DNA from: Trichoplax adhaerens
Taxonomy: Eukaryota > Animalia > Placozoa
DNA length: 64,000 nucleotides
Direction: 5' to 3'
Assembly: GCF_000150275.1 (NCBI RefSeq)
Contig: NW_002060948.1
Coordinates: 4,696,336 to 4,760,335 of the forward strand
A program made the position numbers and the translations under genes. Under the pieces are notes generated by a model. The model saw only the letters and a program-made list of their open reading frames with translations. It had not been told where the DNA came from and searched no databases. This document shows, in pieces, positions 40,217-54,435 of the stretch (position 1 is its first letter; every line of letters starts with the position of its first letter).

Positions 40217-42055
40217 CTTAATTTGAAATATGCTTATCTTACGGTAGCTTATTATTCGTACAATAAGTCGATCACGATAATTAATGATTGTGAAAAATGA
40301 TTTGCTGCAATAGATCATGCTGAATTGCGTATTTATCTTTAATATCTTGACCGAGCAACTATCTTGTATAGATCTTAGGAGTTCTTTCGCGAGCCGCAAG
40401 ACTGTATATATGTAAATTCATTACGCGGTTCTTCTCATCATCCATACAAATGCTTTCCATAATTATACGATATCAAGAATCTGACATATGTGAAATTTAA
40501 AAATACTACAGCATAAAGTGAATTTATTGCACCGGAGTAATAGATACTGATTATTCAGACGACTATCTTCCTATACGCTTTGAAATGGTTTCCATCTGAA
40601 ATAGATGTCTGCTAGCATTAAACGCTTTATTGTAGTAGAAATACAAAATGAAAAATTTGCATTATTAAAATTGCATTGCGTAAAAGCACTTGATCGCTTT
40701 GGCTTTGGTTTGTGTTATAGTTAAGTATACACAAGTATAAGATTGTAACAGTCATTAATTTAAAATTTATTCCTCGTATTATTTTCGTGAAAATATTTTA
40801 CTATATGCAATAAATAAATAATGTCCTGTAATGACTATGGATAAGATTTGAATTCCTAAGGTGTCTCTGTCCTTGCTTACGCAGTCACCATCATTTTTAC
40901 CGAACCGAAAAGCTGCTTTAACAAATCCTTTCTCTAGGGCTGCAATATTTTTTACTTGTATGCTATCCTTCTGGTACAGTACAGCAATAGTAATACTTTA
41001 CCTTGAGCATAGTTGTTCGCCGCATTATATACAATATGCGATTAGGTTGAAAGTAAGCTGCGCTGCAGTGATAATGAATATAAGCAATTACTGTAATAGA
41101 AGTATTATGATCGTAGGATTTTTATGTAGTGCTGATTTATATTGCTATAACATAAAGAGTTAATGCACAGTGAATACGACAAAAATTTGACTATAGCGAC
41201 ACGTGCTAAATCTACGATAATTAATATAACATACATTATGTATACTATACATCAAGAGACTTTTTAAGAGCTTTTTAATAAGCAGTGTTATTTGCGCTAT
41301 TCAAAAGAAAAATTGAGCCTGTTTATTAGTTGACGATGTTTAATATTGATAGTACTATTTTTCATGAACTTTGAAGAACTAAGAGAATAATTATGTGTTT
41401 TTATGATGGAGATAATACAAGCATTGCTGTACTATATAATTGCAAGCATGGATAGTATGACAGTAATCATAGTATCTATCATGGTGTTTATCCATGTCGA
41501 TCTAATCAAGCATTTTTATGAGCTAAATTTAATTCTTGATGGTAACGTTAGGCATGTTTAGCTATTGATGCTTACGTGACGTTACTTATTATCTCTACTT
41601 GGTTAACCATACGTATTTGTATGAGCCACTTTTTTTAAGATTTACAACCACTTCTTGCAGTCAAATGATACCCGTGTGATCTAATGTTGATGCGCAATGA
41701 AGGAAACTATATTTATGCAAGTATATTTCATAAGATTTACATTATTTAATAATATAATTACATCTAATTAAACTTTACATAGCCTTCTAGAATGCTAACT
41801 CGTTCGTTCATTTTTACTAACAATTCACCGCAATACTTAAACATATAAAGTATATTATTTTTGTTTGTTGTAAATTTAAAATAAGCATTAAAATTTAATT
41901 CATCAAAGTCAGAAAATGAACCGCTTATTATATCGTGCAAATTTATACTATACATGATAACTAAGGAAAATAAACGATTATACTGTAGTGGCCTGCTTTA
42001 AAATTTTCTTAAAGCAGTAGCTCATAGTATATGAAATAGCGGAGTAAAATCCTCA

Positions 42056-43526
42056 TTAAGGTAGTAATAACAGATCCTGTTTAATATAAAGGCTTTGAGT
42101 TTCTTCATAAATTGGATTAATAACTGCTACAATGTTTGCCAACAACTGTAGAGTATCAGCCTCAGTCGTTGTAGCCTGATCGTTGATTTTAGTTAAAAGG
42201 CAAGCTCTGTTAGGTAAAGCGTACATAGCCAAGGCGGTGCCTTTCCTAACCAACCATGGATGAAAGTTAGCTAAAGTTTGGTTATAACAGTCGGACGCAA
42301 TTGATGAGACTTTATCGTGTTCTTGACTTTCGGACAATTTCTCAAAAAATAATCGAATAAAATCTAACGCACGATGCAAGCGTAACAAGGTACGAGATGC
42401 GGAAGGTATTGGGCCTTTGACAATTGTAATATTACGATTGACCTCATATTCAAGCATTGATCGCACACTTAAATAATTTTGGCCTAAGAAAATTGGAATT
42501 AGTTAGTAAAAGGTTAAAGGCAAATTTGTATACCAATGAATCTAGCAGATTAGAAAGACCTGCAGCTATTTGCATCCAAGAAGATTGTAATAGCTAGATT
42601 ACCGGTACAAGATAATTGTTGCTACTGTATACTGTGAATCTAGCAAAGCACATGTGTATATAAATTGAGCATTCTACTGGAATGGTTTCAGCCAGCAGTT
42701 GACCTATCATTAATTAATTTACTCTAATTTTACTAGTAAGATCAGCAGTAGTGGCCTAGAGACTGTCTTTAAAGTACACTAAATTTGTAACAGTGCAAGT
42801 TTTAATTGTCTAAAATAGGGTTAGCAATCGTTAATGAATTCATTAGTCAAGCAACAGAATACTTACTGTCGATAAGTAGTTTACACGTAAAGTCCAGTAA
42901 CTATGATCACTACTTATAAATAAATACCCACAATGTAGACCCACAGCTTGAGATACGCGCAGTATTTGGCATATTTTGTTTACTGACAGTGAGCAATTGT
43001 AATTACTGGTGATTATCGATCTGTTATTGATTAAGGTTTGCAAGATGTACATTGTAAAGTAATTACAGATAGGATAAATACTCGTTCAAGCATAGAAATG
43101 TAATTGTTGATCTACTAGCCACAGAGCCGAAATACTACAATATACCGTGTCTTGACAAAACGTAGATTACTGGGATCAAGTGATTGTTTATCCGATTTGA
43201 TCCGATTGTTGGGTATCTCATCGAAGTGGAATTTCAGTGGTGTGCAAACCAGATCAAGAGTAAATATGAAAGTTACTATTTCGATAACATTGCACAGCTT
43301 CCAGTTTACCTGCATCTCCTTTTCGATGTTTCCTAAGAATTTCAATTTTACTTTTAACGTCTGCAGTGATAAACGAAAACAGCCGGCCAAAATAGTCGAA
43401 AAAAACAATTATAGCTTCGTATGCATTGACATACTCATCAACGAGAATGGCACCATCTTCCTTTCGTACCTTACTGAATTGATCAAGAACAACTTCCAAA
43501 AAGGCTTTTGGTTCGTTCTTCGCCAT
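42056..43526 (-). CDS. CPTP: Ceramide-1-phosphate transfer protein (GLTP domain), 2 coding exons
   Basis: Exons 43526-43310 and 42483-42056 join in phase 1. FSFITADVKSKIEIL, SASRTLLRLHRAL and TLANFHPWLVR carry the D/K/R/R/H residues typical of the CPTP/ACD11 clade. Confidence 0.88.
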
Positions 43527-43971
43527 TGAACTCCGACAATTAATCAATCCATGAACTACTGTAATAAATAAATATATATATCTGTATATATAATTGATAT
43601 AAAGTCAGAGCATAGCGTTGACCACCTTGCGCATCAACAACACTGCATCAACTGCTCTAAACTCTGCTGCAGTTTATTTATGCCCTTGCAGGACTTAATA
43701 ACCTTATACTGTTACGTTTGTATATTGAGCAAATTTAAAATGTTGTGTTTCTATACCGTAAACCTTGTCAGAGAATAAATCCACCTTAGTGTTTCCCCTT
43801 GCAGCTTGTCTGCATCCCCTGCAAAATGCTCTTGCTAATAGTTAGTCCGAAGCAGATTGGTAACATACTCAGGTAAGGACGCCAAAACTATGAAATAGTA
43901 ATACAAAACAGTATAGTAATTATTATTATTATAGCGTAGCACTAGTCAAGCAGTCTGCCGTCTTTACTACT

Positions 43972-44060
43972 TTAGTACTGCACTGTACACCAGCGTGCTG
44001 TGAGAGCGTTGAGTACCAGTACAGTTCGGTACTATACTGTACTGTACTGTATATTGTACA
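43972..44060. promoter_or_regulatory. (TACTG)n array in the divergent CPTP/INTS11 promoter
   Basis: ATACTGTACTGTACTGTATATTGTACA near 44034-44060, between ATGs 43526 (-) and 44209 (+). Confidence 0.7.
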
Positions 44061-44208
44061 ATAAAAGTTGGAGAACTCTTTAACTTGAGGCAATCAGAAA
44101 ATCAACAGTTGCTGAGCCTCTTGTTCTCTACTTTGCGATTTTGTGAACTCTACTATCACGGACAACTCGAGAATATTTGTTGAATCCATCTTTAAAAGCT
44201 AATCGAAC

Positions 44209-47200
44209 ATGCCTGAAATAAAAGTGGTTCCGTTAGGTAGAGGATAAGTAGACTTGTGCGATGTTATGCTAGATATTATTTTGCAGTATTGGCTCAAATT
44301 GGATATGATGGATGGGACTTATTAAAATACGCATTTGCATCTATTTTTTACATTTTAGGCGCTGGACAAGGTTTGTCAAATTTTACTTCACTTTGATCAT
44401 TGATTACTTGAACTACCAACAAAATGGTCAAGAACTAAAAGCTGCAAAATCTTAATCATACCTTAAATGATACGTCTAGTGGACTTAATAATTTCTCTTT
44501 ACTGACAGAGAATAACACGAGTATTTTCATTTTGTATCAAGAGTTGTAACGTGTATCAGAAATCTGCAGAGTGTGCAAATAGTACCTTTAACTCATATTT
44601 ACCCTGATAATAGAAATGAGTACACCAAGTAGATCATTATTATGTTTAAGAATCGATAAAATTTTGTTACAGCACGTATAAAATATTTATTTTGTTCCAC
44701 ACTGTCTTACTCTACTGATTATAATTGTTGCACCTTTACAACCAAAGCTTGATTGAAGTAAATACTTGTAAATTACAGGTAGATCTAGTAGTCCATGCAA
44801 CAATACTCTACACTAGTTCCCAGCCGAGTTTCAAAAAAATTTTTTGTACTGTATGTAGTACTATGATAGTACTATGGTCATTAGTAAGTTCCTTGAAATC
44901 TTCTATATGTATATATCAGCAGTATAGTCTCTACGTTATTGATACTATTAGAATTTGCAGTATAGAAGTAGTATTGAGATGGAATTGCTATATTTCTGTT
45001 GCTAACAATTGATGTTAGCCCTATGATTTAAGCAGTTGTGGTACAAGTACTGTATAATGTACATATCGTTGAGATTTTTCTTGTTTAAAGTAAACGTATG
45101 TGTATACAAATAGAGTATACAAATAGCTAGGTATATTCTAGGTATTTCTGTAGTAGGATACCGTTGGTTATTCTTTATCACATATCATTCATAAATATCA
45201 ATTACTATTTCTTATGTTCTAAAGACGTCGGACGCAGTTGTATTCTTGTCACGATTGGATGCAAGAATATCATGTTCGACTGTGGGATGCACATGGGATA
45301 CAATGACGATGTAAGTTTGAAAACAGGCATGGCTTAGGGAATTGTACAATAATTATAATTATGCATCACTCTGTATACTATCTTTATATTATTATTATAC
45401 ATGATCGAAAGGCGACCTAACTTATCGGGCTTACTCGTTGTTTGATAATAACCAAATAGAGAGTAAAATATTGTTCGATGTAAACTCATCGTATTTATTG
45501 TACCTTGAGTAGAGACGTTTCCCGGATTTTACGTATATCACACGTTCAGGAAGTTTAACTCAATTTCTAGATTGTGTTATAATCAGGTCTGTCTACATTC
45601 ATATCTATTGATGTAAAGTAATTGTAACATGTACAGTATATAACTTATTCTTGGATACCTTAAACTATGTTGGAAACTAGAACTTATTCAGTTTGTCTAG
45701 CTATGGTATCGGACTTGGATGTAATACAATTTATGATCAATTTTAGAAAGATAACACTACAGCATGAAATGAAATTTTAGTATGCTATAGGATTGACTTT
45801 ACTAACTCTTTCTGCATATTTTAAATTTAGCCATTTTCACTTAGATCATTGCGGAGCTCTACCGTATTTCTCTGAAATGTGTAAATATGATGGTCCAATA
45901 TACATGACACACCCTACTAAAGCAATATGTCCAATTCTACTGGTAAGTTAAGATTGGAATTAAACTTAAAATAGTACCATTGTAACATAGCATTGTAGAT
46001 TCAAAGAAAATTATTACTAGTAAAACGGATTGTTAATTCATATGATGACAATTAAATCGCACTTCAATTAATACAGGAAGACTACCGAAAAATTACTGTT
46101 GATAGGAAAGGAGAAAAAAATTTCTTTACTTCGCAAGTATGTTGTTAGCAGGTGTCGCATTTATTGTCTATTCATAGCTTTGTGCAAACTCGATATGGAA
46201 ATATTTTCCACACAGATGATTAAGGACTGCATGAAGAAAGTTAAAGCAATTAACTTACATCAGACTGTAAAGGTAATTATTGCATTATTACTATCTAAGT
46301 ATTTTTATTTACCAATGTAAGTTGCCATGATTGTTCTCACTGACCTTGGTGTATTCATTAACTTAATAGAGTAATATTAGTGAATATGCGATATACCAGT
46401 AATCTTAGCAACATCATCGTTAAGGTAAATTTTTCTAATAACCACAGGTTGACGACGATTTAGAAATTAAGGCTTATTATGCTGGGCATGTTTTGGGAGC
46501 TGCTATGTTCCTGGTTAAGGTCGGATGTGAATCTGTTCTGTATACGGTTAGCGGTTCACAAATTTTGCATTAAATTGCTGTAAAAGCAATAAATCTAATT
46601 TCGTGCAAATGGACGTAGAATAACTAGAAATTTCTTGAACTTTCTTAGGGTGATTACAATATGACCCCAGATCGCCACTTAGGGTAGGTCTATTCCTTTT
46701 CTGCATTAGGAAATTTTTAGCTAAAATACTTCCGCTTTGAAATTTATTGTATTGTGTTATAGAGCCGCATGGATAGACAAATGTAGGCCAAATTTATTAA
46801 TAACGGAATCAACATACGCTACCACAATTCGCGATTCTAAGAGGTTTGTTTAATAGTAAAGTATAATATTTACGTAATCAATCACTACAGAATGACTTGA
46901 ATTGATCATAGTTGATATTAATTACTTTTACCTCGATATTAGATGTCGTGAAAGAGATTTTCTAACAAAAGTCCATGAATGTGTTGAACGAGGCGGCAAG
47001 GTGAGAACTTCAAATTAGGTGCTATTTGTTATGCAATTACGTATATTTTCCAACAACCATTAAACTGTTATATTCACTTAACTTAGGTTCTGATTCCCGT
47101 TTTTGCCCTTGGAAGGGCACAGGAGTTATGCATTTTATTGGAAACTTATTGGTAATAATTTAATTTTATATATAATGACAGCACTTATTTTATAGTCAGG

Positions 47201-49376
47201 ATACTTATTCGTAAGTTACTTTAATATCTTAGGGATAGAATGAACTTAAAAGTCCCTATCTATTTCTCGACTGGTTTAACAGAGAAGGTGTATATTTATT
47301 TATTAAATTATCAAATGGAAAGCAGAAAATTATGTAACCTGAATTCTGATGTGTTATAGGCAAATCATTATTATAAATTATTCATTACTTGGACAAATCA
47401 GAAAATTCGACGAACATTCGTACAACATAATATGTTCGAATTTAAGCATATAAAGGTATTGTTGATTATCCATCGAAAAGTTTATCAAATAATTGTCTTA
47501 CATACTATTTTTGCGTCTTGTTGTTAGCCTTTCGATCGCGCCCTGATTGATAATCCTAATCCTATGGTAGGCCGTTTAGACTGTTGATACTCTCAGAAAT
47601 ACTTGATAATTTTAATCCTTAAGATTTTTTACAGGTTGTATTTGCTACGCCAGGCATGCTTCATGGCGGTCTCTCACTTCAAATATTTAAAAAATGGGCA
47701 CCAGATGATAAAAATATGGTATTGTCGCTCTTCTCTTGTTAAATTACGTCTATACTGTATATTGTATCAATTATTAATTATCAGATAAATAGCAGTCTTA
47801 ACCTTGTAAATCCTATAAAATTTTGCACGATTAGGTCATTTTACCAGGCTACTGCGTTGCTGGTACAGTAGGAAATAAAATTTTATCTGGTCAAAGAACC
47901 GTAGAATTAGAGAATAAACAAATAGTGAGTATTATTGAGAAAATGATACTTCACTGGTCCTATGAATACGGTCTGTGAATACGGAATTAACTATATTATT
48001 TTGTGCATTGTAATCTATAGATTGATGTGAAATTAGCCGTGGAGTATATGTCATTTAGGTAGATAACATTTGTTTGCAATAAACTAATAATTGTTGAACT
48101 AATCTAAAATTTCGGATTAAATCACTTTGCAGTGCTCACGCTGATGCTAAAGGAATCATGCAATTAATTAAACATGTAAGCAGATATATTAAACCGTCAT
48201 CTTTTTCCATTGTAAATGACTTGAAACAACTAAGTATTAATTATAAAAAGTAAGCGATATGCTGCAGTTGATACAGTCTAAAGAACTGAATTATGTGTAT
48301 TCTCGTCAATATTTAGGCCGAACCTGAAAATGTGATGCTTGTTCACGGAGAGGCGAGCAAAATGAATTTTTTAATGCAAAAAATAGAACAAGAAATTGGT
48401 AAGTCATTAGGTCGTCAATGCAGTAAATTTCTTGGTGTTGAACTATAGCATTGGTTATATAAAGAAGTATCATTCTAAATCAAAGGTACCCCGTGCTATA
48501 TGCCAAAAAATGGCGAAACTGTGAAAATCAGGGCTTCGCCCAAAATAGCTGTAGATATGTCGTTCGAGCTATATAAGCAAAACCAGCCACAGATTTCTTT
48601 GAAGTCTCATATCCATGAAAATAAGAAGCCTCGATTAGATGTAGATCCTCGCATAATTGAAGGAGTTATTATCATGGATGACAACGTAATTTTTTAGTTT
48701 CTCGTTCGTTTAACATGTGTGTTTACGTTGAATTCGCACTATTTGTATGACATTTGTTTAACTTGGAAATAAATTCAATTTTGGCAGTCAACAAGATTGG
48801 TCGACTCTAAGCAAGCTCTCCACGAACTTGGAATGAAAAGCCATAATTTAAATTTTTGCAGTACTATAAGCGTACCGGATAAAGTAGTTCGCAATGAACT
48901 ACTACGTGAACTGTACTTACATGTTAAGAGGTAACTTTACTTTTCACCAACTCACTTGTTCATTTACGAGATAATTCATTATATCGAATGAATCGATTAA
49001 TCTACTATGGCAATATTTTAGTGATTTCCCTAAAGAAGAAGTATCCCAGTCATCAGATGGCTCTATTAAATTGCATTCTGTTGTTATTGAGGTAAAAATT
49101 TACAGTACAGGAATAGGTACTGAATAACAATAACAGTAAAATGGCAATGCTAATATCTCGCATCTTCTACTATTTCCTAACCTATTTTAGTATCAAGTAA
49201 ATGATGATAGTGAGGCAGTCATTGCAATTTCGTGGGATTACAAGGTAAAGTTTTGTTTATTTTACAAGCAAAAATGTCGAATCCTGCTGAAGATTTAAGC
49301 ATTTTACTTTTAGGATGAAAATTTTGGTTCTTCAGTTGTCTCTATAATTCAACAGAGGCTAACAGGAAAAGCATGA
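44209..49376 (+). CDS. INTS11: Integrator complex subunit 11 (CPSF3L; metallo-beta-lactamase/beta-CASP endonuclease), many short exons
   Basis: [10 protein letters not shown]|AGQ|DVGRSCILV...[101 protein letters not shown]; TGA 49374-49376. Confidence 0.95.
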
Positions 49377-49875
49377 AGTAATACTATTACAGAATTGCGA
49401 AGAATTCTCTTCAGGGAAACGCTGTATTTATAATACGCTTTACAAAACTATACAGTATATTACTTTAATATCTGTAGTAGCCCAAATAATGTATATTAGA
49501 TCCTCAGTCATTACTTATTATGTTGCAAGTGAGATGTTTACGGAGAAAATGAGTTGATATCTTTAATTTGCAGCCAATGTGTACTCTTGTGGATACTGCA
49601 TAAACTATAATAACTGTTGAAATGCGATGCATGACTATTGACGAGAAAATAGTTATAAAAAACCCTATATCCACGGATAGCATACTGTATGGTATGTAAA
49701 TCCGCTTGATGGTTTACTACTTGCTATCTATTTCAATTTGAAAGATGCATAGATTTGATACAACGTCCTTTCGCATCAAATATAGAAAATATTCATGAAG
49801 GATAGATAGCACATTATACAAAACTACAGCTTCTCTCTTGACCAAAGTAGATCAAATATAAATTAACGATTTTTT

Positions 49876-51843
<1,968 letters not shown>

Positions 51844-52124
51844 TTTAATTGCACTGTCAAAAATGAATAATAATGGAAATGATGAATTATGAACAACACC
51901 CTTGAACGAGACATGCACATCCAATAAATCTTGTAATCTAATGATAGCATGGATACATTCTAGTCCTAACCCAACTTGGTTATGGCTGAAGTTGACTGAG
52001 CAAGATGAAGAGGAGCCTGTAGGAGGTGCAGGTGGCGATAGATTGAATTTTCTGCAGTCGTGGAGTCGAGCACGTCCTGGAATGGACTGCCAGAAGGAAG
52101 GAATTCTGAAGAATCCCGGGCTTC

Positions 52125-52392
52125 TATACAGTACAATATACTATAAACTGTACACTGTACACGGTACATAGTCCAGTACAGTACCACGGTGCTACAGTAC
52201 GCCGTACTGTAAGGTACAGTATAAATTTGGTTAGTCGCATTAGCCATTCTACTGTACTGTACTGTACACTCTACCATTCTACAGTACTGTACACTGTACA
52301 GTACAGTATTTCATTCTTTTTGGTACTGTACACTGTAGACTGAACAGTGAACACGTGTACTGTACAGTATAGTACTGTATTGTACTGTATGG
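52125..52392. repeat. (CAGTA/TACTG)n array upstream of SRM
   Basis: Dense TACAGTAC, TACTGTAC and TGTACA units abutting the putative SRM leader exon. Confidence 0.85.
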
Positions 52393-54435
52393 TATGCTGA
52401 ATTAATTAATCTAATTAAATCTTTCTTTCGATTTGAAGATGGCAACGAATATATCGAAATTCTTGTCATGTGCTGGGACAATTCTTTGCATGTTGGTAGA
52501 AAGGACGCTAGTTGTACATGAGTTGAAACCGTATGTTTTCTTTTTCTCTATAGTTAAAGATAAAATAAGTACCGTAGAGTACACTGCACAGTGGACTGAT
52601 TCAGCATGCACAAAGTCGCGAATTGTCCAGCTTACACACTTTCATTTCATGTCATACTAGACCTTTATATTTAGTGGGAGTCGTCATCGCATTTTTGGGA
52701 ATACCATATTTAATGTGGGTAGCACTAATTAGGAACCCACACTATTCGTTTGTCCACACTAATTGCCGTAGGTAGTACTGTATAGTAGTCTATGGTAATG
52801 CACAATACACTCAGCCACTTGAGAATTGATTTTCCGTACACTTCGCTGAAACTGCTCTGCCGACACATTCTACGCTAGTGAATAGACAGTACAGTATATC
52901 CATGTTGATCCCTCTGATGTCCCTGTGTGATAATAGATTTTGAAAATATTGTAATTTAAGGCCACATTGCAACACTATACTGTAGTGACTCATGGTTTCC
53001 TTCTGTACAAGCAGTACATGCCTTACTAAAGTTACCACAAATAGCTTAGGCAAATAGGAAAGTGCGGAGGAGAGATTTAGACGACAATATTTTGCAAAGC
53101 ACTACCATTAGAGTCAGATCAGCAAACACTGTACTATATACTATACTGTACAATGGACATATTGACTTAGGAACTTAGTAAAAGGATGTATTGACCATAT
53201 GCTAAATACTCTCTCTCTCTACTCCCTGGTACGCCCGGTAGGGCACTAATGGAAAAGCATCCACGGTAAGATGTCAACGCACATTGTAGTCCATACTTTC
53301 ACTAATCGACAGTAATGTAGTATTTAATGAGCAATAATTGGGGTTAAGTACCGGTCAGTTCCTAGTCACTTTCTAGGAAGGTATCGGTTAAAAATAAACT
53401 ACTGACAGTAGTGTAGCGTAAAAAATCTCAGCTCGACTACGTCATAGGATAATTAATCTTAAAATAGACGTAACTAGACATAACCTTATAACAATATGCA
53501 AAACGATCTACTACCCGACCTAGCGGGTATGCTACATTAAATAGAGGAAATCACACAATATTTTTGCACAATTGGATTTCGATAGATAAATCCTAAACTA
53601 TTATGTGTTATTCGATGCTTATGCAACTTTACTTCCATATAGATTGTTTGATCCAGTAGATAAAGACTCGACGAGAAAGCATACGAAGTTGCAAAGTCTA
53701 GGATAGAATCAAATTCAAGTGATCACATATCTATAGTACTACTGTACCGTTGTGGTTTATCTACACTGTAACGTATTTCATTTCCGTTATTTTACTATAC
53801 GAAGATATCTCGTAAATACCCTCATTTAAATACGTGCATTAAATTAACTCATTTGGTCATAATGAATCAATTCACTAATCAATAATAGCATTAAATGGAC
53901 CACTGGTTGTGGCATCGTTGAAGTGTTGTTATTTTTAATTGTACATAGGTTCCGGTATAAATACAATGGTGTCGGAGCCCTCGCAAATTCCTCTGCTCGA
54001 TTAATATCACAATATAATCATTATAATAGAAAGAAGAAAAAAAGACAGAAATTATACGGCTATAATACAATATACCTTACTACCGATATAATATAAAAAT
54101 GGCTTTACCAAATGCGCTGTCATAGGATATGTTTCCACCTAAAGGTACTTCCAATACTGTACAATATGGAGCTAAATGCAGTAGAAATTTTCAAACGTTC
54201 AAAGAAATAGAGTTGCGCACATATATGTACATTGTACACAACACTAATTCGTACTGTTATATTCATATACTCGTATCACCATTGGTATCTACATGATAAA
54301 AATGGCTCATCTAAAAATAATAACTTATCATTGTATATTATAAATTGCAATTTATCAATGGAATAACGGTTGCTTTAATGCCAAGTTGTCATCTTCTATG
54401 GTATACTTCTCATTTTGCCAATCTAGTCGAAAAAT

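Noticed and set aside
44209-49376. CPSF3 (CPSF73) call
   Set aside because: GAGQDVGRSC, DCGMHMG and [12 protein letters not shown] are INTS11-type signatures.
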